A stretch of 64,000 bases of DNA from Octopus vulgaris (lineage: Eukaryota): the NCBI GenBank assembly GCA_951406725.2, contig OX597827.1:27466001-27530000 (forward strand), in the 5' to 3' direction. The position numbers and the translations under genes were made by a program. The notes under the pieces are model-generated. The model saw only the letters and a list, made by a program, of their open reading frames with translations, searched no databases and was not told where the DNA came from. Shown here in pieces: positions 40,264 through 57,045 of the stretch (position 1 is the stretch's first letter; each line of letters opens with the position of its first letter).

Positions 40264-41335
40264 CAATCTATCTATCAATCTATCCATCCATCCATCTATA
40301 CATTTCCTAAACAATACTGGTGGTTTACAAACACATTTGTATAACTTAATCCAAAGGTTAAAGTTATTTCTGTTGTGTATGGGTAAGCGCATTATTGCAT
40401 ACACACATACCCACATACCCACACTCTTTTATGTGTTTGTGTGTGTGTTTATATACTACTGTATATATATATATATAATACACGCACACATATACGTACA
40501 TGCGCACGTATAGAAATGTATATATACATACTCAGATACACACACACACGCACACACACACATATATATATATTCATTAATTTCTTTTCTTTTCATTACT
40601 GAAGTCGTCATTGAAAGAGACTTATTGAAGTCGAAAGGAAGCCAGTTTCAAAGTCCTTTGTTCTTACCATTCTGCTTTTTCTACAAGAGAGAATTTCATT
40701 TAGAAAGAAGGAAGATACAAAAAAAAAAGAAAAGAAAAGAAAAGAAAGAATACTGAAAACTAACATGAATCTTGATAAACTACACGGAGTAAATTGGTAT
40801 AGAAATTTCATATAAAAGACCAAAGCGGTATTAAAAGTTTATTTTTAGTAAATTAAGTAAAAGTCGAAATTAACAGAGTCGCGGAGAGAGTAGTGGAATA
40901 CAACTGCATCAAGAAAATTAAAATAAAATAAATATAAAATAAGAAAAAAGTAAAAAGTTTCACCATAGACCAGAAAAAACCAAAGTTTTAAAGTAAGTTC
41001 GGTTTGGAAGAAGTTCGATTTTAAGTTGATTTTGGAGACTCTACGAGGAAGTGAAATTGGTTTATCTCGATTCATAAAAGAGCAGTGAAGAACTGCATGT
41101 TTGAGTGACCGAGACGAACAGTTTTACCGGAGAGAAAATTTGTAGGGTGATTGAGAGCGAAAAAGAAGGGAAGAAAGTGAGAAAAAGAAAAAGAAAAGGA
41201 ATGAAAGAGATGTTGTAAGGCTTTCATAATATATTGAGGAAAATACTATAAGAGAAAGTGATCTACAAAGAAAAGATTTAAACAGAAAGGCATTTATAAA
41301 ACTCCAAACGCAACCAGCTGAAATCACTATCTACG

Positions 41336-41647
41336 ATGGCGGATACTTCGGGATATAATTCGACAGAAGAGATAATAAGATGTCAGATCTGTGAAAGATT
41401 TAAAGTTAAACCACGAACGTTGGATTGCCTTCACTCATTCTGCACCCAATGTTTACAGATCTATATCAATACATTTTACGGTCTGTTACGCTCTGAGCAT
41501 TACTTCCCGTGTCCTAGATGTGGGAAGCAGATATTCGCACCGGCCGGGGCCGAAACGGAGAATTTGGCTCAGTGTTATCCGGTTGATTTTCGAGTCAAAC
41601 AACTTATTAGATTGTGGAAAGAAAAAGACAAATTAATTTCACCTAAC
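41336..41647 (+). CDS. First coding exon of a TRIM-type RING-finger (C3HC4) E3 ubiquitin ligase
   Basis: ATG in good context (acgATGg). C-x2-C-x11-C-x-H-x2-C-x2-C-x19-C-x2-C with the PRTLDCLHSFC motif and a post-RING PVDFRVKQLI segment typical of TRIM proteins. Plausible phase-0 donor GTCAGT at 41648; if unspliced the ORF ends at 41674. Confidence 0.85.
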
Positions 41648-41718
41648 GTCAGTTCTTTGACATTGCATCACTGATCGAGTACCAGAAAGACTGTTGTGTT
41701 GTACAATTACCCATCCAT

Positions 41719-41802
<84 letters not shown>

Positions 41803-41847
41803 TTTTCTCCCCCTCTCTCTCTCTCTACACACACACATATATATATA

Positions 41848-41898
<51 letters not shown>

Positions 41899-41904
41899 AT
41901 GTTT

Positions 41905-42234
<330 letters not shown>

Positions 42235-42581
42235 AAATAAGCAACAAGATTATCTTCGGTAATTTGGTACGATATGTAAATGCATGAGATTAAATAAAAA
42301 TATCTACATACGTGTAGTCATAAGTTTGTTGTTTATGGTGCCGTGTGAGCACATACATATTCGCATACACGACGATTCTCTCACTCTGTATGTGTGTATG
42401 TGCGCGTGTGTAAAATTTTTTTTATACTTGAAATGTCTCACCAACGCAGAAAGTCCCGGTTTCTAACCCAGACACAAATAACTGTTCACTGGAATTTAGA
42501 TAGCACCTACCAGACAACCACGTAGTTCAGTCTGCCATTTTCATATGTAAGTATTATAAGTATTATTCAAGACATCTAAAA

Positions 42582-42749
<168 letters not shown>

Positions 42750-42938
42750 TTTTCTGTACAAACAAATGCGGCCATTTTCTGTTCATATGCTGCTACTGTA
42801 TCAAAATTTATGTATTTGATGAAATATTTGTTTCTAAGCTGCGTATATAACATGTTTTAGAGAATACTGGAAAAGAAAATAGGAGAAAAAAAAGAATGAT
42901 CTATGCATCTGTCTGTCTTTCTATTTCTCTTTCCCACT

Positions 42939-42973
<35 letters not shown>

Positions 42974-43826
42974 ATATATATATATCTATTTGTCTGTCTG
43001 TTTGTCAGTCAGTCTGTCTGTCTGTTTCTCCGTCAGTCTATGTATCTATCTGATCATGTATGTGTATTTATATGTATGTACGTATGTATGCATGTATGCA
43101 TGTATGTATGTATGTATGTATGTATGTATGTATGTATGTATTTACGTATGTATGTATGTATGTATGTATGTATGTATGTATGTATGTATAAATGCATGTA
43201 CGTATCTACTTATCAATTTATCTATTCGTCTATTTATCTATCTGTCTGTCTGTCTGCCAGTTTTTCTGTCTGCTTGTCTGTCTGTTTGTCTGTCTATGCA
43301 TATATGTATGTATGTATGTGTATCTGTCTGTCTATATATGCATGTATGTATACATGTATGCATATATGTATGTACTCTCACTCACCCCATCTCTCTCTTT
43401 CTATCTATTTATCTATCTATCAATCTATCTTTCTATCTCTCTGTCTCAACACCTATGTCTGTCAACTGGAGTACCCAACATTTTCCCTTATCAATCGATC
43501 CTTTCCACTCTATTTCTAAAAATATATACATTACCAAAGAACGTGTTTCCCCTGAAGAATTATAAGACATCCCGAAAGAGGAAGAGGTTTGTACTTTCTT
43601 ACCCAAATCAATCTGAACCTCGTATAAATAAACAAGGCGACAAAAAACGACACCGCACCTATGTAGGTCATATTCGCTGCCAGATTTGCACTTAAGTGGA
43701 TGGAACAGAATGTCTGTGTAAGTATGTGTATGTACATGTGGCTATGTGGGAGAGCACGTGCATGCGAGTGTGTGAATATGTATATATATATTTATTTAAA
43801 TGGCTATATTTATGTGCGTGTATGTA

Positions 43827-43891
<65 letters not shown>

Positions 43892-44045
43892 TGTATACAT
43901 ACATAAATATATATGTATATATATATATAAATTTGTGTGTATTTGTGTACATGTATATGATATATGTGTGTGGGTAGATATATATATATACACTCACACA
44001 CATAAATATGTATTCATGTATATATGTATATATATATATGACACA

Positions 44046-44077
<32 letters not shown>

Positions 44078-44808
44078 TCGTACATATAGAAATATGAATA
44101 TGATATTTATGTATATGTATTTGTATATGTATGGAAATGGGTATATACATACACCTTTCCACGTATGCAAACACACTCACACATACAAATAAATGTGCGT
44201 GTGTATGCTCACATTACGTTCATTATGCTATTCCAACAGTGTTATTATAGCAGATTCAATTGCCCAAAGCTGAAGAATTCTGCGGTGTTTCCGGCAAGAC
44301 AAAAGCAACTCTGTTTACTTGGGTGTAGAAATAAGAAATCTAGGAGCGAATAATTTCGACGCTACACATGTTTGGGTAGACTAACTTTATCGTTCCGCCA
44401 TTAAATGTGCACTGACTATTATGGGAAGTATCGCATAGCAAAACTCGTGTGAAGACACGCACACACATACACACATACACAAACGCACGCAGGTAAGCAC
44501 ATACATAAAAGAGCGTGCGTGCAGGTAGGCAGACCTATATAAGCGCGCATACATACATACATACATACATACATACATACATACATACATACATACATAC
44601 ATACATACATACATACATACATGTATACATGCATACGTACACACATACATACATACATGCGAATACATACAAACACCCGAACATATTTACGTGTATGTGT
44701 TGCTCTTTCTATATGTGTGTGTGTGTGAATATACATATGGATATGGCATTTTCTAAGTATAATATATACATATATATATCTGTACATATGGATATAGCAT
44801 TCCTTAAG

Positions 44809-44843
<35 letters not shown>

Positions 44844-45088
44844 TGTATGTATAATGTTGTGTGTATATATGCATACATACATATATGTGTGTGTGTATAT
44901 GTATATATATATATGTATGTATGTACGTATGTATGTATATATGTATATATGTATGAGTGTGTGGGCGGGGGGACATACTCACGCACACATACATACTTAT
45001 TTACACACATAAATTCGTGTACTTAGAAATTGCATTCATGCGTGAAAAGACAAGAACAGCAACAGCAAATGCAAAGAACAACAGCAAT

Positions 45089-45181
<93 letters not shown>

Positions 45182-45641
45182 AACAACATTAACGTGGACA
45201 ACAAGATGTCGGCATATCTTTTGTCAGGTGTTGCTTTGCCTGCACACAAAACATGTCATTAGAGACTCTGACCCTTTACAAACAAATATTCCACTTAGCA
45301 CGCCAAACAACAACAGCAACTCGAACAACAGTGAATTTCTCATAAGATAGCTTACTCTGGTATAAAAGGGGAAAAAATGGTCACAGTGAATGGAGCTACT
45401 CTAAGCATGTTGAAGAAAAGTTGGGCCTGTATCTTTGACGACCAAGGGAAATTTTAATCTTTGACATTCCATTTATGGCTCCGGTTGCGGGCTCTCTAGT
45501 GGATAGCACCCTCTATGTTTTCCCATATTTTGTATATTATGTATTCTGTCTGACTCGTTTCTCCAAACCCCTTCACCGAAAACAAATTGTAAACTGTCCT
45601 TGAAGTGTTCCATTCACCAGCCGTTCCTCTGCTACATAAAC

Positions 45642-45722
<81 letters not shown>

Positions 45723-45729
45723 AGTTATT

Positions 45730-45895
45730 AAGGCGGCGAGATGGCAGAAACGTTAGCACGCCAAGCAAAATGCTCTTCGTTACGTTCTGAGTTCAAATTC
45801 CGATGAGGTCGACTTTGCCTTTCATCCCTCCGTGGTCGATTTAATCGACTTATCCCTTCCTCAAAATTGCTGGCCTTGTACCAAAATTTGAAATC
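45730..45895 (+). mobile_element. SINE family 2 (internally deleted)
   Basis: ggcggcgagatggcagaaacgttagcacgcc...gagttcaaattcc. Confidence 0.8.
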
Positions 45896-45973
45896 CTCCT
45901 CCTCCTCATTATTATTATTATTATTATTATTACTATTACTATTATCATTATCATTATCATTATCATTATCATA

Positions 45974-46017
<44 letters not shown>

Positions 46018-46019
<2 letters not shown>

Positions 46020-46267
46020 GTTTGACTTTTGCTTTATGTCTGTACAAGTTGGCTCCAAGTCTCACCCAGAGACCTCAAGAGACAACAGGTTGGAAGTTCT
46101 GTGCCATATTTTTGGGTTATTTTGTTTTTTGGGGTTTTTTTGGTGTTGTACTAGTGAATGTCTAATACATAAAAAAATAATAATAATAATAAAAAATTAA
46201 AAAAATAAAAAGTAAAAATAAAAAAAAATTGTTTTAAACCTTGGGATTACATAGAGATTATTTTGCA

Positions 46268-46339
<72 letters not shown>

Positions 46340-46670
46340 GTTTGACTTTTGCTTTACATTTGTACAAGTTGGCTCCAAGTCTCACCCAGAGACCTCAAGA
46401 GACAACATGTTGGAAGTTGTGTGCCATATATTTGTTGTACTAGTGAATGTCTGAAAAAACATACGAAAATTATGTTTGTTTTAAAACTTGAGATTACATA
46501 GAAAGTATTTTGCGTAGGATATGAGCAGTTCTCATGAGCACTATCATTTGAATTTCTGCCATTTTGGGGCTTCCTGGTATCTGAATTAGGTAGCAATCAG
46601 CCCCATTTTGCTATCATTCCCAGGGCACCTATGACAACAGGTATTGTTTTAGTCTTCAGCTTCCACATTT
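46018..46670 (-). mobile_element. Two stacked 3' ends of R4/Dong-like subfamily B
   Basis: 46018-46270 and 46337-46670 each match the 3' end of 17986-19470 and are separated by (ATT)n. Confidence 0.8.
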
Positions 46671-46675
46671 TTATA

Positions 46676-46777
<102 letters not shown>

Positions 46778-46780
46778 GCC

Positions 46781-49270
46781 ATTCAGTAGTTTTATTTTTA
46801 TAGCGTGCTTTCACTTCACTACCGTGCGCAGCTCTGTGTGCCTTAGGTATGTGCTGTGATTTGTTGTGATGCTCTGATGGTTATTGTATGGAAAGTGTTC
46901 TGCGTAGGATGTGTGCAGTGCCTAGTAGTGCAATTTTCTGTATGTTATATGTATTTGTAAGTCGTGGTGTTTTTGTTATGTATTTGTCTGAATATTTTTT
47001 ATCATGCCTAATGCACCTACTATGATAGGAATTGTTTCTGTTTTTAGATTCCACATTCTGGTTACCTCTATTTCCAGGTCTTTGTATTTTGAAAGTTTCT
47101 CCATTTCTTTTAGAGACACGTTGTCAACTGCCGGTATTGATACATCAATTAGAAAGCATTTTTTTTCTTCATGATCTCTGACAACTATATCTGGTCTGTT
47201 GGCCTTAATTTCTCTATCTGTGTGTATCGGCATATCCCAGAGTATGGTTGCTTTCTCGTTTTCTGTGACCTTTTCTGGTGTGTGCCTATACCATCTTTTT
47301 TCTGTTGTTATTCCATAATGTTGGCATAGCTTCCAGTGTATGTAGGTTCCAACTCTGTCATGTCTGTGAATATATTCCTTCTTAGCTAGGACTGGGCAGC
47401 CAGAGATAATATGATTTATTGTTTCTTGTCCATCTCCACATATTCTGCAGTTACTTGTTATATTTCTTTTAATTACATGTTTTTGGTAATTTCTGGTGGG
47501 GAGGCTTTGGTCTTGTGCTGCAATTAAAAATCCCTCTGTCTCTGCTTTGAGTCCTGAGCTTCTCAGCCATTGCTGGGATTTTTCTTTGTCTATTTCTTTT
47601 GCGTTTAGTTTAGTCCTGTATTTACCATGAAAGGGCTTTTCTTGCCATCGTTTTATCATGGTTCGTTGCTGTTCTGTTTTTAGTTTGGATTTCATTTGTT
47701 TTATAGCTTTTGTTGCTTCGTCATTTTCTTCTTCTTCTTCTTCTTCTTCTTCTTCTTCTTCTTCTTCTTCTTCTTCTTCTTCTTCTTCTTCTTCTTCTTC
47801 TTCTTCTTCTTCTTCTTCTTCTTCTTCATATTTATTAGGTGGTATGATTTCTTGTTTGTATTTGTCAGCTTCCTTAAATACTGAGAACAGTTTTTTGTTT
47901 TGCTCGTGTTTTGCCGCTATTTGTATCAGTTTTCCTTCCTTCTGAAGTAGATATTTTTGCAGTCCTATGGTGGTTATTTTATAGTAGTTTTCCAGCTGTA
48001 TAAGGCCTCTACCACCTTCTATACATTGTATATATAGCCTTTCTATGTCAGATTTTGGGTGATGCATCCTAGACCCTGTCATTATTTTGGTCAGTTCATT
48101 TAGTGTCCAGTTAAGGATATTGTAGCTGTAACTTATAACTGGGACAGCTAAAGTGTTAATACCTATTATCTTGTTTTTAGCATTGAGCTCTGTTTTTAGT
48201 ATTGATCTAACTCGTCTATAATATTCTTTTTTTATTTTCTCTTTCATTTGTATGTGTTGTGTCTTATCTAGTTCATGGATTCCTAAGTACTTGTAAGTTT
48301 GGCTTTGGTCTAATTCTTTTATTTCATTGGTTTTATCTAGTGTGATGTTACTACTCTTAACTAGTTTTCCTCTTTTCATAGTTACTTTGGCGCATTTTTC
48401 TGATCCAAATTTCATTTCTATTTCTTTGGTAAATCCATGAACTATCTTTAATAGTGTTTCCAGCTGTTTGTCATTTGCAGCGTATAGTTTTAGGTCATCC
48501 ATATATAAAAGGTGGTTGATCGTTTTGCCGTAACATTTATATCCGCATCCAGTTCTATTTAGCATATCAGATAGAGGTGACTGTGCCAAGCAGAAAAGGA
48601 GTGGAAAGAGAGTGTCTCCCTCGAATATTCCTCTTCTAATGGGGATGGCTTTGGTTTTCATGAGTCCCTCTTTTGTTTGGAGCTGTTGCACGGTTTGCCA
48701 TTTATTCATAGAGTGCCCTATGAATTTTATAATTGTTGGTGCTACTTTGTTAATGGCTAGTGTTTCGAGGATCCATGTGTGGGGGATGCTATCAAACGCC
48801 TTTTTGTAATCGATCCAGGCCATACTGAGGCATTTCTTCTTTCTGTGGCTGTCTTCAGTTATGGCTTTATTAATCATTAGTTGATCTTAACAGCCATATG
48901 AGCCTTTGCGGCATCCTTTCTGCTCTTCTGGAAACAGGTTGTTTTCGTCCAGGTGCTTGTTCAACCTTTGCGATATCACTGCAGTAAGTGCCTTGTATAT
49001 TGTAGGGAGACAGGTTATTGGTCTGTAGTTTTCTGGTTTTGCTGTCTCATTTGATTTGGGAATTAAGATGGTTTTCCCCTTCGTGAGCCATTCAGGCATT
49101 GTCTCTGGCTCTGCTAGCATGCTGTTAAAGTTTTCAGCCAGCTTTTTGTGCATTTCTGTTAGATATTTCAACCAGAAGTTGGGGATCTTGTCATGCCCAG
49201 GTGCCTTCCAGTTGCTTAGTCTTTGCAGTGCCTGGGTGACCTCTTCAGTTGTTATGGGGTCCAAAGTTGC
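46781..49270 (-). mobile_element. R4/Dong-like RLE non-LTR retrotransposon (subfamily A), 5'-truncated, RT + CCHC + RLE
   Basis: ORFs 48887-49264 and 46976-48877 are in one frame split by a single TAA. Motifs NWKAPGHD, NYRPITCLPT, WIDYKKAFDS, HLLYMDDLKLY, CRIC..H..C, HRHD, RPDIV..IDV, KLSKY. Flanked by (TAA)n-type repeats. Confidence 0.92.
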
Positions 49271-49399
49271 TCAGATGCTGAGTTTGTTGTTTTGATACTT
49301 CTTTTTTTTGGTTGTTCGTTCGCTATTTTTATTATTATTGTTCGTTCGTTATTATTATTATTATTGTTCGTTATTATTATTATTATTATTGTTCGTTCG

Positions 49400-49498
<99 letters not shown>

Positions 49499-49629
49499 AT
49501 TATTATTTTATGAAAACTCACAGCTTATTTTGCTGGGTATGATAGGAAGTGTCAGCTGTCCACAGCTAGCAGAATAAAGTGTCACTTGTTTACTGATTAT
49601 GCTTCGAGAACACTGTAGAGAACTCTTGC

Positions 49630-50838
<1,209 letters not shown>

Positions 50839-50849
50839 TATTTATTTCT

Positions 50850-51338
50850 CTTTATCACAACTTTTGTTGGAGCTCCTAGAGTCTTACATGTGTTGCGGGC
50901 TTACTACCTGCTGCCTACGGTACCATGCTATCCATTCTTTTCAGTTATCTGATACTTTCCTGATTATTCTGGCCCTGCCAAGGAGGCAAACCTTTTGTAA
51001 TAGTTCTACTGGGCACTCTTTTCCAATTCCCTTTATATTCCTCTTGATGCCTTCTGATATTGTTCCCAAAGACCCAACAATAATCAGCACTATCTTCACC
51101 TTATTCATCTTCCATAGCCGGGCTATTTCGTACTTAAGGGCTTGGTATCTCTCTATCTTTTCGCCTTCCTTCTTGATTATTCGTGGGTCAAAGAGGCATG
51201 CAGCATCAACTATATCGCATATGTGGTGCACCTTGTCCACCACCACTAGGTCCGGTCTGTTATCCTCTAGCACCTGATCTGTTTGGATTGGGAAATCCCA
51301 GCGTATTTTGCTAGTCTCCGACTCCGCTACACTTTGCG

Positions 51339-51340
<2 letters not shown>
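50850..51340 (-). mobile_element. R4/Dong-like 3' fragment (subfamily D), RLE domain
   Basis: WDFPIQTD..NRPDLVVVDK..IVDAAC..EKIERY..LQKVCLLGRARIIRKV. Flanked by (TAA)n/(TAG)n. Confidence 0.8.
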
Positions 51341-51386
<46 letters not shown>

Positions 51387-51925
51387 GAGTGAGAGAGCAG
51401 TTCATGCCATCAAAGTGACACTGGGGTAAAATATACGAAGCCCAATATACCCATCATGACTACCCGTCTGATAAAGGTACACCAGGCACATGCATCACAA
51501 CCATATGTGCGCGACATGGTGATCTCATATCAAGATAAACAGCACATGACCTTGCAGGTGGGGCCCAGTTAGAATTTTCTTCAGGTTGAGTAGCCCATCC
51601 TGCTCAAAAGGTCCCTGAATAAGGGTTGCTTTAGGATGTTGAACGAAGCACCTATGTTTCCAGAGGTGAATTATTCAAACCCCAAAGAATCCCTCTCAAC
51701 ACATGGCCATGATGCTCCCCCACTACTTCTGCTCGTGATCAGAGATGCACATATTGTCAGCCACTAAGGGACATGCTCAACTGGTTAAGGCCAAACAACT
51801 GACAAGCAAATCTGTGGTATTGAGCAGAATATTTGCTGTAGCCCATCTTTTATACCAAGACAAAACAATGTACATGATAACACTTCCAATCAGTTAAGAT
51901 CAGAAGCCATGAGAGCCACTGCCTG
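51387..51925 (-). mobile_element. About 550-bp (TAA)n-tailed element
   Basis: Near-identical to 19513-20050, with (ATT)n on both sides. Confidence 0.85.
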
Positions 51926-51936
51926 TATTATTATTA

Positions 51937-52022
<86 letters not shown>

Positions 52023-52024
<2 letters not shown>

Positions 52025-52240
52025 GGCAGCGAGCTGGCACACCTGTTAGCACCCTGGAGAAAATACTCAGCTGCATTTCGCCTACTGTCTGAGTTCAAAT
52101 TCCGCCGAGGTCAACTTTGTCTTTCTTTCTTTCGGGGTCAATAAAACAAGTACTAATTCAGCAGCGGATTCAGTGTAATAGATTTGCCGCGCTCCTACCA
52201 AATTTCAGACCTTTCTGCCTATTAGTAAAAAGAATTATTA
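52023..52240 (+). mobile_element. Degenerate SINE family 2
   Basis: ggcagcgagctggca...gagttcaaattccgccgaggtc. Confidence 0.75.
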
Positions 52241-52460
52241 GCATTGCCGAAAAACTTAACTTTGTTTCTCACGCTCTCCTATGACAAGACTAAATTTGTT
52301 ATTGTTTGACCCAGTAAACTGCATTATAACCCGTGTGTGTAATACCCTACATTTGTCTCCCCTGAGACAAAAAAGTAAAGAAAACCGATTAATAACATCT
52401 TCCTCCTCCTCCTCCTCATCATCAACATTATCATCATACTATTATTATTGTTGTTTCTGC

Positions 52461-52526
<66 letters not shown>

Positions 52527-53024
52527 TGTTGTTGTTGTTGTTGTTATTATTATTATTATTATTTGCTGATTTCTATCAGATAATCTAAAATTTTGTTGCG
52601 TTATTTATCGAAGTTTTAGAGATGTAAATGAAGAAATTACTTTTAGTTTTGGATTTTATTTCACCCTGGGACTATTACTGAACATTTTAGAATCTGCAGC
52701 ACTTTGGTTTGAAAATAGGATCAGTTTTTAAAAACATCTCTATTATTATTCTACCATTTAACACCGAGTAAAAAAGCACAATACACAGTTCTTTCTCCAG
52801 ATAAGCCCCGCAGGAAGTTTACAATAAACAAAGCGAAACAAACACCAGACTAAAAATAACACAATGTAAAACAAATATTAATAAATGCATAAACGAATAA
52901 CAGAAGACGGGTAAAAATCACTTTCGAACAGAAATACGCCGCATAATGAAGAAACGCTTAGCACATCAACAAAAATAAGAACATCAGACATGCGCATCGG
53001 AAGTAAATAACTTTTATTTTTTAT

Positions 53025-53113
53025 CTTTTACTTGTTTCTATCATGAGACTGTGGTCATGCTGGGGTACCACTTGAAGAATATCTAGTCGAATGAATCGAC
53101 CCCAGTATTTCTT

Positions 53114-53147
<34 letters not shown>

Positions 53148-53290
53148 CTCTCTCTCTCTCTCTGTTTTTTAAAGACTGCTACTTATTTTGTCATTGACTT
53201 TTGCCGGAGAGCTAGGCTACATGGACGTAAACACATCAATACCGGTTTCCAAGCGCAGTGGTGGTGGACAAACATAGATACAAAGACACA
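53025..53290 (-). mobile_element. Degenerate SINE family 1, 3' half
   Basis: Reverse complement of the family 1 body with a (TC)n expansion. Confidence 0.65.
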
Positions 53291-53315
53291 AACACGCAAA
53301 CACACAAAATATATA

Positions 53316-53367
<52 letters not shown>

Positions 53368-53672
53368 CATACATGCATACATCTCTCTCTCTCTCTTCCT
53401 CTGTGTATATATATGTATAATTAATATTTTCGACTAATATCTATAAGTCGATAAGTGTGTTTAAATGAATGTTGAGTGGAGCACCAGCACAGTTTAGGCC
53501 ACAAGTAGTCATACACAGTCGTGGGTCTACTTTCGTTGGGTCTACTTCAGAAACACCGTAGTGGCATTTAGGGTAATTAGTTAACGGGAAGATGGATTTG
53601 ATATTAAATTTTATTCTGTAGAAAAAGTGTGATACCAAATCCAAATCTAAATCCATCTTCTCGTTACTTAAT

Positions 53673-53768
<96 letters not shown>

Positions 53769-53944
53769 AAAGGTTTGGAGATGATGTACAGGTATTATAT
53801 ATTAGAAGAAATGAGGTACTCAGCAGATCGGATGGTTTATATTTACAGATATTTATTTGTATATTACATTTTTTATATATATATCATATCACTTACATCA
53901 TTAGCGCTTTATCCCATTCTAGTAGGGTTTTCAAATCAAGCTGT

Positions 53945-54270
53945 TGATTTGAAATTTTGAAATTATATTACATACATATAAGAGGGATGACCACTGAGTG
54001 GACATTCCTTATGCTAGAGGTAGACCTCATATGGTCTGACCACTAAGAAAAGATTGTTCGCAATAAAATTCAGCAAACGCCAGAACGTAAGCAAGCAAGA
54101 CAAATGAAAAGATACAAAATATAAAGATTAATCACAAATCCGGTTTCATTGTTACCACTTACGTAATATTTATGCAAATGTCCGCAATTCATCAGTGTGA
54201 TCGTCATAGCAAAATATAATTTGCAGAACTATACACGAGACATCCGCATGAGATTGAGCATGTATATAGT
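53945..54270 (-). mobile_element. Penelope-like pLTR fragment
   Basis: Homolog of 9890-10200. Confidence 0.65.
54131..54201 (-). ncRNA. Type I hammerhead motif
   Basis: Minus strand: atcaca-CTGATGA-attg...caat-GAAA-ccgga-TT-tgtgat. Perfect 6-bp stem I, stem II closed by attg/caat, minimal stem III. Confidence 0.7.
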
Positions 54271-54424
54271 TCTACCAATTACATTTGGGTTTATATTTCA
54301 AAAATACCTTAGCATGGAGGGTATATCAACCGAAACGTTGTGTTAACAACAAACTAGATGAGGACAAATTTCCGTAAAATGTAAATGATGTAAATAATTC
54401 CTCATCTCTTAAATATAGAACCGG

Positions 54425-54840
<416 letters not shown>

Positions 54841-55003
54841 ATCACCATCACCACCACCACCACCACCACCACCATCACCACCACCACCACCACCACCACC
54901 ACCACCACCACCACCACCACCACCACCACCACCACCACCACCACCACCACCACCATCATCATCTTTATCGTCATCATTACCATCATCATCCGATGAGGTT
55001 GCA

Positions 55004-55632
55004 AGGTGGCAGAATCGTTGGCGCGTCGGACAAAATGCTGATAGGCATTTCTTCCGGCTCATCCTACTGAGAATGATTTTTACTTTTCACTTTTTCACTA
55101 TTGATGAAATAAACCCAGCTCTGGAGGTGGGTGTTGATGTAATGGAGTAATCCCACCCCGCTCATATAAAATTGATGGCCGTGTGCGAAAGGTTTGAACC
55201 AACCACAATTATTCTTTTTTACTCTCGGCACAAGACACAAAATGTTTTTTAACGGCGTTTCTTCTGCGTACATTCAGAGTTCAAATCCCGCTGAAGCTAA
55301 CTTTACTTTTCATCGCAGTCACATACTGGTGTTGATGATATCGACTAATCTACTTGTCTATAAATCTCTGGTCTTTTGTCTAAAAAAGAAGGAATGCGGC
55401 GAGTTGGTAGAATCATTAGCGCTTTCGGATAAAATGCTTAGCGAAATATTTAACGGCTCTTCATATCCTGAGTTCAAATACAGCCGAAACCGACCTTGTC
55501 TTTCATCGTTTGAGGATCAATAAAGTACCATTTGAATGCTGAAGTGCCAAATAAATTCTTCTTCTTCTTCTTCTTCTTCTTCTTCTTCTTCTTCTTCTTC
55601 TTCTTCTTCTTCTTCTTCTTCTTCTTCTTCTT

Positions 55633-55663
<31 letters not shown>

Positions 55664-55885
55664 ATGTTAGCAAAGCAGTGATCTGACATAATCATTAGAG
55701 CACCGGGTAAAATGCCTCATTACTATTCACCCGTCTTCACGTTCTGAGTTCAAATTCCGCGGAGGTCGAGTTTGCCTTTCCTACTTTCGGGGTCTATAAA
55801 TTTAATACCAGTGAAACACTGGGGCCGATGTAATTGAATGGTCCCCTTCCCCATAATTTCAAGCCTTTTGCCTATACTAGAAATC
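55004..55885 (+). mobile_element. Array of degenerate SINE family 2 copies around a (TTC)n tract
   Basis: Repeated ggcgagttggtagaatc / gagttcaaat motifs, with (TTC)n at 55556-55662. Confidence 0.65.
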
Positions 55886-55932
55886 ATTATTATTATTATT
55901 ATTATTACTATTACTATTATTATTATCATTAC

Positions 55933-55993
<61 letters not shown>

Positions 55994-56532
55994 GTTATTA
56001 TTATTATTATTATTATTATTGCCGTTAATGTTACTTGGCAAGTGTGCAGCATTTGTTGTTTGTATACGTTTGAATCGTTCGTCTTTCTTCTTTTCTTTCG
56101 TTCGTTCCTTCTTTCTGTCTTCTTTTTTATATCCAATTCTTTATTTTCTTCTTTATTGGTCTGTGGTTTCCTTTCAACAATAAACAGGAACCTCTGATGG
56201 TGGGGCAGAGAGAAAAGAAGAAAAATAATAGCACATTAAGGAAACCACAAGAAAAAAGTTTTCTCTCTTCGTAATAACTATATTTTCGTAGTAATTACAA
56301 TGGTGGTTGTGGTTGTTATGATGGTGGTGTTTGTAGTGGAGGTGGTTGTGGTTGTGGTGGGGATAGTTGTGGATGTGAAGGGGTGGTGGTTATTAACGGC
56401 TCTACTGACGCCATTTCGTAGAGGCGAACAATGGAGCGCATTGTGATATTCTGTTTGAAGAGTATGAAAACGGAGAAACTATATCTATATTTTCAGTCTA
56501 GATATCTTTAACTGTTTTCTTTAGCGTGTGTG

Positions 56533-56601
<69 letters not shown>

Positions 56602-56934
56602 ACACATACATACACACACATAAACACATTATATATATATATAAATATATATACATATATACATATGTATGTATAAGGAGCGTGTGTGTATACTTGTGTG
56701 CGTATTTTCTGAGCTAAAGTTAAAGTTAATTCTTTCCCCCTGATCTCAATAATCTGCTCGGCCTGTTTCTCATTTCCGGTTTTCGTTGCGTCAAATGGAT
56801 GACATATATATATATATTATCTTCAACCTAAAACACCGGATCCTGTGGAGAGATTGCCGGATAATCCGCATGTAGCTTCTTCTACAAGAAGGGATTCAAA
56901 ACAAAATTAACGAATTACTTTACGCCTTGACAGA

Positions 56935-56950
56935 GCTGCTGCTGCTGTTG

Positions 56951-56982
<32 letters not shown>

Positions 56983-57007
56983 CCTCCTCCTCCTCCTCCT
57001 CCTCCTC

Positions 57008-57045
<38 letters not shown>

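Noticed and set aside
43552-43590. CTGAAGA...GAAA spacing
   Set aside because: No stem I, II or III pairing, so likely chance.
45190-45350. CRHIFCQVLLCLH segment as a possible B-box exon of the RING gene
   Set aside because: Cys/His spacing does not match B-box consensus and there is no clear acceptor placing it in frame.
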